Positions 26,000 to 35,977 of a DNA stretch of 64,000 nucleotides are shown one piece after another. Both the position numbers and the translations under genes were made by a program. Positions within the stretch are counted from its first letter, which is position 1. Each line of letters opens with the position of its first letter. The DNA comes from Nymphaea colorata. Taxonomy: Eukaryota. The notes below the pieces were generated by a model. It was not told where the DNA came from. It made no database searches and worked only from the letters and a program-made list of their open reading frames with translations. Location: contig NC_045138.2 of NCBI RefSeq assembly GCF_008831285.2, positions 13,888,001-13,952,000 of the forward strand, read 5' to 3'.

Positions 26000-28625
26000 C
26001 AAATTTTTCATCTCTATAGTATCTTTCAAAAGAAACAGCGACAGAGAGAAAAGAAAGGTTCTAGGGTTTTGTTCTTGCTTTGGTCTTTTTCCCTCTGGCA
26101 GAAGTTTTCGTATGGAATTTAATTCGATGTGACCGTACATTGTTCAACTGCTACGATGATAATTTCTAGGGACTAGGGAGTTGAGAAAGTTGAGAAAAGA
26201 TAAGATTTTTTACGATTGTTGTGACGAGTTAATATTGAAAGGTCGAAACTTCAGTGTGGTCTTTCTCCAGTGCTTGAATTGAGTAGTGCATGGTTATATA
26301 TATATATACACGCACCAAATTTATGTATATTGGGATCTTCTCTCCCCTTTTTCCTCATGTATAATTTGTCCAGTTAAATACTGGGTTGTCCCAAGGAGAC
26401 GCTCTTAATTCTTTTTTCTTAAAAAGTGATTTGGATTCCCATACATAGTTGTGAGAAAACATTTCTACTGCGTTGCAGCTTTTGGAGTGGTGAAATTATT
26501 GAAGCAAGACTAGCATCTGGCATCAGCTCAAAACGTGCCAAACTGTTAAGCATGTGCAAACAAATCAATGTCGACCTATCTAGCTATTCCTGTACCTGGT
26601 GCAGCCGTTCTATTCATATTATTTGTATATAGGCCTATAAATTGGAACAGTGCTCTCATTGGTTTTACTCGAAATGAAAGTCTAACATTGATATTTTAAA
26701 GTTTGGGGTTCCAAGAGAATTATCTGTAGCTATATCTTACGTAACTTACACATGATAAAGCATAGGAGAAGTATGACATGACCAGAAAAATCACGTTTAC
26801 CGATGCAACTAGATTAATCATTTTTACTACGGAAAGTAATAGGAATGATATTCTTTCTAAACTAAGCTTAACCCTAAGCTTGTCCACAATACAAATTCAC
26901 ACTTCACGATTGTTGAATACCGGACGCAGAGCTGTACGTTCAAAAGATTGCGCAAACGAAGTCACTTGTTGTATGCTATCGAAATCTCCGTCCACCTGGT
27001 AGCAAGTTAATTTAAGATCTTAATTATTCATGCTTAAGTAAGTCAAGAACTTATTGCTGGAATGACTACAATATTAATTACCACAATTTGATAGGAGCTG
27101 GCCTGCCGAACTGCAGTTTGCTTTTTGGAGAACAAGAAGTTATGGCAATATATACAAACTCGAATCCAAGTTCAACAAAGTCCTGAAATCCGGCTAACAC
27201 CAAATTCAGATTTCAGATACAGCCATACAGGTAAAACTAGACAGGCAAGAATATAACTCAAAATTCCAATTAATAGGTAATTAGATTGATCAAGTTCACG
27301 AACTAGGTAAGAATTCCAGAGTCCCAATTACCATAATCCTGCGCCCTTCAATATGTTAAGCTCGATCATGATGAATGGGTCCATTTCCAGACACATAATG
27401 CAAGTATGTAATTTTGTTGTTATGATATAGAAAGCCTAGTTGTATTAAGCGTATGTGTAGAACAAGGCCTGCATCAAATAGTAGGCATTAAATGAAGAAG
27501 AAAATAAGACGAATCGCAGTTAGGTAGAATGCTACCAGATCATGCCAAGTACAGAGGTTTCATCTCACATACTTAGGACCTAAGCTTTTCGACTTGAAGG
27601 TAGGGATGTCAACGGATCGGATTCGGATCGGATATCCGTCCGAATTACCTTTAAAAATTCGGATATGGTAAGCAATTTAACATCCAAATAAGAAAATCGA
27701 ATCGGATTCGGATTTAAGAAATAACATCCGATCGGATTCGGATTCGGATTCGGTTTTAAGTAAATATCCGATCGGATACTTAACCATCTTATCCGATCGG
27801 ATACGGATTCGAATTCGGATTTAAGTAAATATCCGATCGGATACTTAACCATGTATATCCGAATCTTGAGTTCATATCCGAATCCGAATTACAGCTTGAT
27901 ATCCGAATACATCCGAATCCGATGCTATCCGAATCCGAACCTTGAGTTGGTGTCCCAAGTTTTGAAGTTGAGACCTATGAATTGTTAGGCAAAAGGTCTA
28001 GCCAAGCGCACCAACTTAAAGTTATGATTTTAAAGGAATAGAAATTGTATATATAAGTATAATATGATTAAGAGGTAATGGTTTTAATAAAGTGACATAT
28101 ACAATAATAGTCAAATACTTACCATATACACCATTTAACTTAAATTATTTAAAACTACATCATATAAAACTAATTAATTAATAATTCGTATTGTATTTAA
28201 TTAAACGTTTTAGTGTAAATAAACGAACTATTATAGTTATGGCATCAACTAAAGAGGATATCTTAAATAATGTATTAATACTTGTATCGAGAAATTTCAA
28301 TAAAATGAGTATTTTTAAAAATATGAAAATTAATCGCAAATAAATATATTTAATATGAAATAGCTGTTGACTCATAAAAAAGTTTTATTTATCAAATTAT
28401 CAATTATTTATTTAATCAATCAAGTAAATAATTTTGTATAATCATATAATATGTCCAAAAGTCTTAGGTACATGATATATAACACATAATTCATAAATTT
28501 AAAAACAAAAACATTTAGCTAGTAGGAAAAAACAAATTGTTTGATTTAATAAATTATATGATTTGGTTAAATAATACAAATGTAAAAAAAACACTTATTG
28601 CAATAAAACTAAGAGCAAATAGTTA

Positions 28626-29010
28626 GTGAGGATGTGGAAGAATGAAGGTTTGACATCATCTTTTTATAGATATAAAACAAAAGTCTTTTAATTAACTCAA
28701 TGAAATTAGAAAAAACCATTAAATAATGTCTTTCTTAAATAAGAAATAATATGAGTCACTTGATTTAATAATTCTCAATAAGTTATTATCATTAAATAAT
28801 AGTTTTTACCTAAAAATTTAGTGATAATGTGGAGGGAATGAAGGTTTAGCATTATTGAACACTTTTTTTTACGAATATAACACAAATTCTTTTAATTAAC
28901 TCAATGAAATTAGAAAAAAACACTAAACAATGTATTTATTAAATGATAAGTAATAGGGGTCACATGATTTAATAATTTTCAATAAGTGATCATCATGAAA
29001 CAATAGTTTA
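28626..29010. repeat. Diverged ~195-bp tandem duplication inside the hAT element
   Basis: GAATGAAGGTTT...TTAATTAACTCAATGAAATTAGAAAAAA...TGATTTAATAATT..CAATAAGT occurs at ~28626-28805 and ~28821-29010. Confidence 0.85.
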
Positions 29011-30078
29011 CTCCATCAAAATATGTTATTATATAATATGAAAGACTTATGAAAAAAATATGAAAATTAGATGATAAACTTGTTCATTGAAAAAACTATT
29101 TATCTAACTAGTCAAACATATTATTTGCTCAAATATGAAACCTCATAAAAATTTTATTTAGTTGATATGCTAGTTGTTTTAGATAAGTATTTAAACTTGA
29201 TCAAAGAATGTACACGAAATAATGTAACACATCTTTAAATGACTTAAACACACATAAATCAAATATGATAAATTATGAATATGAATAACTTACTGAGGAA
29301 ATTGATAAGCTAACGGTTAAAACATCTTGACCAATTACGTCAAAATTAAATAATAAATATTTGTACATAGAAAGTATGAAAATCTAAAAGATCACAATAA
29401 AATTATTTATCCAAATAAATTAGGAATAAAACTCGACAATATATTTTAACTTGTAAAATTAAAATATCACTTAAAAATATCAAAATAAATAAATACAAAC
29501 TAAAAATTTTATTTGGACATAAAATTTAATATTAGATTTAAAACTCTGATACAAGATTGAATTCCTTCATAAGAATTTCAGTACAAAACTATATGAAATC
29601 ACATGCAGAAAGCAATAGTCCAACTTTTAATAAAGTATTTATAAAAGAAAAAAAATTGGCTATCCTTCAATCCAAGACAACCATATTTTGAAATAAAAGG
29701 TGGTTTTAGATAAGTATTAAAAAAATTTGATCAGAAAAAATACGTGAAAATAATACAAAACGTCAAAGTATGTTTGATTTAATAACGTTTTAGATGAACC
29801 ATTTGGATTTGAGTTTAGTTTCACTCCACTCAAATCCAACCCACAAAACCCAACCCGCCCCTTCGTTTGCCCTATTTTCCTTTCGTTTGCTCTCTTTTGA
29901 AGTTTCACAAGGGGCAAAAACGCAGCGCCGCTGCAGGAAGAGAGTGCGATGGAGAGAACCAGAGTCAAAGATAGGGAGATGGAGCAACAAAATGAAAGAG
30001 TGAGAAAGGGAGAGAGCTCTAGCAAGGTTGCAGGCAGATAACCTGTGGATGCATCTTCCAAAACTTGCGTATCTTGCT

Positions 30079-30300
30079 CAACGAAGCGAACTCGACGACA
30101 TACTCGGGTAGCAGATTGTGTATCTTGCTTCTGAGAGTTTTGGCACTGTACTCTAGCTTCTGCGACTCCACCCAAACAGGAACCACGTAATGGGTGTTCA
30201 CCTCATGCACAGCGGTGCCGTCGGCCAGTCTTTGGCAGATGGCATCCTTCCATTTCCGAACATCACACAAGGGCGAGAAGTCCGGGACCAGGAGGGAGGC
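30079..30300 (-). pseudogene. PHR1: Captured fragment of class II CPD photolyase (PHR1/UVR2-like)
   Basis: Translation ASLLVPDFSPLCDVRKWKDAICQRLADGTAVHEVNTHYVVPVWVESQKLEYSAKTLRSKIHNLLPEYVVEF matches the recalled class II photolyase pattern LVTDFSPLR...HEVDAHNVVP.W.AS.KLEYSA.T.R.KI..LLP.YL.EF. Only ~74 codons, with no rest of the gene nearby. Confidence 0.88.
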
Positions 30301-31405
30301 ATCCTCCTCATAGGTTTGCCCCTGTCTCGCTTTTTATTCTTACGCTAGTAGTGCATTTTGCTGTTGGGCGACACCATACTTGGTTCATCAAATTTAGTGT
30401 TATTTTATTATGCTATATTTTCCTTCTGTCGTGGTTTAATAATTGCTCAACAGAATTCAGACTGCTAATTGGTTCTCTTTCATGGAACAACTGTGAACAA
30501 TTTTTATATTGATGTTGGACATACCAGTCTTTTGTGACAATGCCAAGTTGCTAGCATCAATTTCTTTCGATGGTAGAGATGTTGCACGTGGTTTGAGCGA
30601 TTCCGCAGTGATTCAGTAGTTCAGCTATAAGAGGCCACCATGTATAAGCAGGTTTCCCTCTTGTTTTGATGTTTCATTCTTATTATCAACAAATTGTTTG
30701 TGATAATGCTAACTAGTTTTAAGGTTTCAAGGCTGAAAGGTTTCTTGGTTAGGATTTAAATATGGATACTTTCATGAGTATATTATCTTGTTTGTTTGCA
30801 CACTTTGGGGCAATGGTTTTGCATAATGACAACTGATATAAACCAACTGAACGTAAGAATTGTGTCCATATTATACACGACCTGCAATTGAGGAATGTAA
30901 TTGAGGAAAAAGTAGTCGACCTTACTAGCCCTGATGGGAAAATACAAAGCAGAAGGTAGACTTTTGTTTCCTATCAAAGTTTTGTTTTGAGAATTTAAGG
31001 TTTTGTTCATTTCTCACCAATTACTTTCATTTGCATGTTTTAACAGTTCAAGTGTATGACAGTCTTGAGTTCTTCTATAGAGATTCCATCAAGTGATTGA
31101 AGATTCAGTAAATTTTGTGCTTATGAAGTAGAAGAATTGAGGCGTTGAAGGCTTGAGACTATACAGTTCTTTGTAGATGCCTTGATATTTTGTGGAGACT
31201 TATTGGACAGTCTATGGGTGGCTCGCCCTTATGCTTTGGGCGTTTTTTTTTTAGAAAAAAAAAACCATTGGTAAATAATGTCCTTGGAGGCTTGGATTAT
31301 CTTGCTAGCCAGGCTTGTTAGCAATTTAAAAGTTAGTTTTGAATGTCAAATCAGAAAGTTAGATCAGAATGAGATCTTTCAATATAAAATTTGGATTGGG
31401 ATTGA

Positions 31406-31516
31406 AATCGGATATTGAATTAAAAAGTCGGATTCGGATTTTAATCGGATATTGAATTAAAAAGTCGGATTCGGATTTTAATCGGATATTGAATTTAAAA
31501 GTCGGATTCGGATTTT
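31406..31516. repeat. Three 37-bp tandem units in right subterminal region of the hAT element
   Basis: AATCGGATATTGAATTAAAAAGTCGGATTCGGATTTT at 31406, 31443 and 31480 (third has one change). Confidence 0.9.
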
Positions 31517-34500
31517 AAGCGGATTTTGATTTGAATTTCGGATAGGAACCGGATTTGGTTTTAAAGTCGGATGCGGATCCGGATTCGGAATCAGATTTAA
31601 ATTTAAAAGTCGGATCGGATTCGGATATGGTTTTGAAAATCGGATGCGGATCCGGATTCGGAATCAGATTTAAATTTAAAAGTCGGATTCGGATCGGATT
31701 CGGATATGGTTTTGAAAATCGGATTCGGATATTATTTAGATTTTTTTTCATCCGAATTCGAATCCGAATTCGAATCCGAAAATATGTATATCCGAAAAAT
31801 CGGATATGATAAAGAGTATATCCGATCCGAATCCGATCCGTTGACATCCCTACTTGAAGGTCATAAGTCCAACAGCCTGACCAGGTGCATGGATCTATGG
31901 CTGGCCCATCAAACCTAACCCTGAAATCTTCAACCCCTCAAAAGATATCTAAATGGGGCCCTACCCTTCTTGTAGTATTATAATAACTTGTACTCTATCT
32001 TATCCTGAGTTGAAAGGATATTCTTGTGGTTTAGACTTAGGGTGGTGCGGCCCATAGCGCAGACATATGCAAACTCGTTTCTCAGCCACATACCTAGGTG
32101 AGCTCCATGATGAAGATCAAAATCTATAACAAGACACTGTTCCTATTTGGGTTCTTGTTTTCCAGTAATAGTGCCATTTACGAACGAGAGAGGCTGCGGC
32201 TTGGTCCGGCTCAGCTAACGCTAAATTCATTTATGATCAACCATCAAACACGCAGAGCAGACCATATGTATTCTCTGCACCATTAGTCTAATGACAGTAT
32301 TGCAGGCTAATGATGTTACACTGGCCAAGAGGTAAGTAGTTCGAGTGATGTTTCGCGACCACCAGCTACAATCACCATTCACCAATCACATACATGAGAA
32401 AGTAAATGCTTGTCCTAAAGTTTTGGTGTGTCCTGTAGAGCCAGATTAAAGAACAAGTGTTTCAGTTAGTCTAATACAGTATAAATATCATTTTTTGGAT
32501 AAAAGCATGATCTTTTTAACCTATATAGTTTCATCGCACCGAGAAATGTTGATTTTTATGACTTTGGTTTCTTTTCTTTTTTTTTTCAAATTACAATTTG
32601 GAATATTGTGATTGAAAACTTCTTATTTATTATACAAACTATGTAATGAACGTCAACCAAATAGCTTCAAACATCCAATCACTTGATCTAAAGGGTTTAG
32701 AGACACATGGACATATAAAACTTGAGGACCCCAATTCAGTATATAACATTGGAGCCTTATGCCCAACATCCCCATACCATCTGATCAAGTCAACCAGTGG
32801 CAAAAAGTTTTTTGTGGGTGTGACTTCACGGTTTGCTAAATAAAAGCAAAAAGAAGTTTCGGACTGGAAAGACAGCTAAATGTTTATCACTTGACTATAT
32901 ATCAAGGAAGAGCAAACTGTGCCACATGGACGTGGTTTAAGGGTTATAATAGTAATTCCTGATGAAACTTTTAGTACATAGACATGGTTCGAGGATCAGG
33001 GAGATGATAAGAGATTTTTGTGAAATTTCTAACGTGCGGGTAAAAACACCACACCCAAGAAACCCCAAGAATAGACCGATTGATCCACTGATCGAGTTCT
33101 TTCTTAATCTATTCATTCATTACGTAAACATTATTCGAAGATAAAGGGGTGTCATTTTTCCGTTACTTTTAGTACAACTTCCACATAAGGAGACAACATT
33201 ACTTTTGGAATATACAAGCAACTTCATAACAAGTTATCCATACATTCAGAAACAAGATTATGTGTGGCAATGATATATCAATAACAAAGACTGGCTAATT
33301 TGAAAATCTAGCACATATACTACTATTCCAGATAATTCTCTATAGCGCCGCTCCAAAATATAGCTTGTAAATTGATGCCTCTATTGCTGCCCAAACATGC
33401 CCTCCCATGTGACAATGCGTGTACTCCCTCCTTAGTTCTTTATATCTGAAATAAAGGCATCCATCAGTAAATCAATAATAGAACAAAGTATAACAATGAA
33501 GTGCTTCTAGGTGGGATCCAATCTATAAGCCAAAAGAGGTCAAATGCAAGTGGGGAGGGGCTTGAGCTAGTAGATGGCTATCATAGATTCAGACTCCATT
33601 AGCTTTGCTGTGCTTGGCCGGGTGAAAGATCCAGAGGGAGGTGATTGTAAGGTAAGGGTGGACAATTTGGGCAGGTGCAGACAAAAGACTCCCACCCTAA
33701 GAATGGTCCCTCACTCCCCCTAACGTCTAAAGGAAAAAAAATGGTTTCTCAACTATTAGAAGACAAAATGTCAAATCAGGATTATACGAAACAAACTGGA
33801 CAGCAAAGACATGCTCACAAGAGATTTAATGCTGAGCTAAAGTAAAGCATATACCAGTGACAGGAGACATTGCAATAAAATTCAATATCACGATTCAGAC
33901 TTCAAATTTTAGTATCTCATGCTCCATTTTCTAATCCAAGCTGATAGATATTCAATAGGGAGCAAAATGATGCTTTCAGACTCTTCATGCTGTCCACCAG
34001 AAATTGAAGCAAGCAGTATAATAATGAGAGGTTACTAGCCAGTTCATTGTGACCATCTAAGGTTTGTCTAGGGAAGTTCAAGATCTTCAATAGAGGTTTC
34101 TAACTGGAATATTATGCATATGTACTGAACAATAAATCTTACTTATCTGATCTAAACTCCAATCTATTATGTTTTAGAGAACAAAAAATACCGCACAGGC
34201 ATTAAAAGCAGGAAAATGCCATACCGCAATAGCCATGTCAATCCTACTCCACATATGACCGCACTAATAATAATATAATATCCAAACCCAACTGAGGACA
34301 AAATCTGCCTTCGCTCAAGTACAAACTGGATTTCTACTATATAAGCCACAACCCAAGGAAATGATCATGTGCTCATGTCTTGCAAAACCAATTCCAAGCA
34401 TCTCAAGTTTATCTACAAAAATAAAACAGAAACAAAAGCATTTATCTTTAAGAATGATATGGAGTATTAATCAAAATAAATATGGATCAGCTTCAGAAGA

Positions 34501-34682
34501 CTACTTTGTCGTGATGAACAAAATAGGAAAAAGAGTAGGATAATCCACGTATATGCATCGCATCAAGCCTTTAAGGGCTACAAGGTATTGGAGCTCTAGA
34601 AACATAGCCACTTGGAAAATCCTAAAAAAAGCCATTTTCCATCTAATAGTTTCCATTTGTTCTTGATCAATTGAACGTTAAC

Positions 34683-34874
34683 ACTATAACAATCCTAATG
34701 CTAGCCTCCTACTCGGTCACTACAGTTGATTAATGTATAATAAAGAAATCCATACATGTTAGTGCAAAAAACATGTACTTAATACTATAATAATCCTAAT
34801 GCTAGCCTCCTACTCAGTCACTACAGTTGATTAATGTATACAAAAGAAATCCATACATGCAAGTGCCAAAAACA
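34683..34874. repeat. 101-bp-period tandem duplication
   Basis: AATCCTAATGCTAGCCTCCTACTC(G/A)GTCACTACAGTTGATTAATGTATA...AAAGAAATCCATACATG in two copies (starting ~34683 and ~34784). Confidence 0.92.
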
Positions 34875-35402
34875 CACACACAAATGAACAGTAGCCAACC
34901 TATTAAAACAAGTGCCCTTATTCGTAATCTAATTACATGCCTCTTAGGAGGGTTTGCAAAAAATATGGATTGAGTAAATATAAGGACGATGTGGACATAT
35001 TATGAGCCATCAGATCAACTTGATCTACAGTTTACAATATGTAACGTGTAAATGTTACTTTTTTTTCAAAAAGGAGCATAAGAACTTGTATTTGACTCTG
35101 GCAAAATAACTTTACACTAAGCTTCTTGTGAATCATAAATCAAGAAATACATCTACATAATTCTCGTATTTACTAGGTGCACATATTCAAAGCACCCCTT
35201 CTTAGGATATGTTCAATAGCTTATGAATTCAGACCTTCTATGCTGAAATAGCTTATTGCAGAGAAATGTAAGTATTAGAGAAGATGATTCTCTTTTCCAA
35301 ACTACAGTTGATTGTTGTCATTATGTTACACAATAGAACAAGCCTGATTTGTCATTAGCCCATGTTTGTACCCCACGAAAGAAACAAGGGATGTGCGTGA
35401 TG

Positions 35403-35676
35403 ACCAAGCACCATGTGATCAAATCTCGAAGAGAGTTTTACCATCAGGTGGCTCACTGTGAAATGCATGAGACTTCCATCTTTCTAGCACCATTTGTCAA
35501 GAAATAGATTTCACTTTGCCAGACAAGAATACACCGCCTACATATGCACCAAGCACCATGTGATCAAATCTCGAAGAGAGTTTTACCATCAGGTGGCTCA
35601 CTGTGAAATGCATGAGACTTCCATCTTTCTAGCACCATTTGTCAAGAAATAGGTTTCACTTTGCCAGACAAGAATA
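35403..35676. repeat. 129-bp near-perfect direct repeat (period 145) downstream of PPR gene
   Basis: ACCAAGCACCATGTGATC...TTGCCAGACAAGAATA at 35403-35531 and 35548-35676; one mismatch seen (AGATTTC/AGGTTTC). Confidence 0.93.
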
Positions 35677-35977
35677 GACTGCACCTGCACTACAGAAAGA
35701 GATCATCACTTCAGGGCGCAACAACTGATTTCTTTCCTAGGAAGGAAAACACTAGAGAAGCCAAGAGCTTGAAAAATCTTCACCTACAGGCTAAATTTAA
35801 AAAGGCCGTAGCACTGCCGCAGCATGGGTAGCTAAAGTATGTTCCATTTCAATGTCCAAATTTTCAGCCTCATAATGTCATGGTTCACGCATACAACGAT
35901 CCCACAAGTTATGAAGAAAGACAAGCACGTACTCTTATATGGAGAAAGATATCCAATACAAAGGCATTCCTTCAGAA

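Larger units (their letters stand above)
27601..31852. mobile_element. Non-autonomous hAT-superfamily DNA transposon carrying captured gene sequence (Pack-hAT)
   Basis: Perfect 35-bp TIRs TAGGGATGTCAACGGATCGGATTCGGATCGGATAT (27601-27635 / 31818-31852); identical 8-bp TSD CTTGAAGG (27593-27600, 31853-31860); subterminal TCGGAT/ATCCGA arrays; no transposase ORF in the six-frame track. An 8-bp TSD with TAGGG ends is characteristic of hAT elements. Confidence 0.93.

Noticed and set aside
27601..27940. CRISPR-like or telomere-like appearance of repeat arrays
   Set aside because: No unique spacers or cas genes, not TTTAGGG, eukaryotic context; explained as hAT subterminal repeats.
29717..30175. 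152-aa ORF inside the hAT element as a possible transposase remnant
   Set aside because: No BED finger, DDE or hAT dimerisation motifs; it is an alternative frame over the photolyase cargo and CT-rich sequence.
31515..31918. ORFs with RIRIR / SESD repeats (also 27580-27852)
   Set aside because: Translations of hexameric TCGGAT subterminal repeats of the transposon; not proteins.
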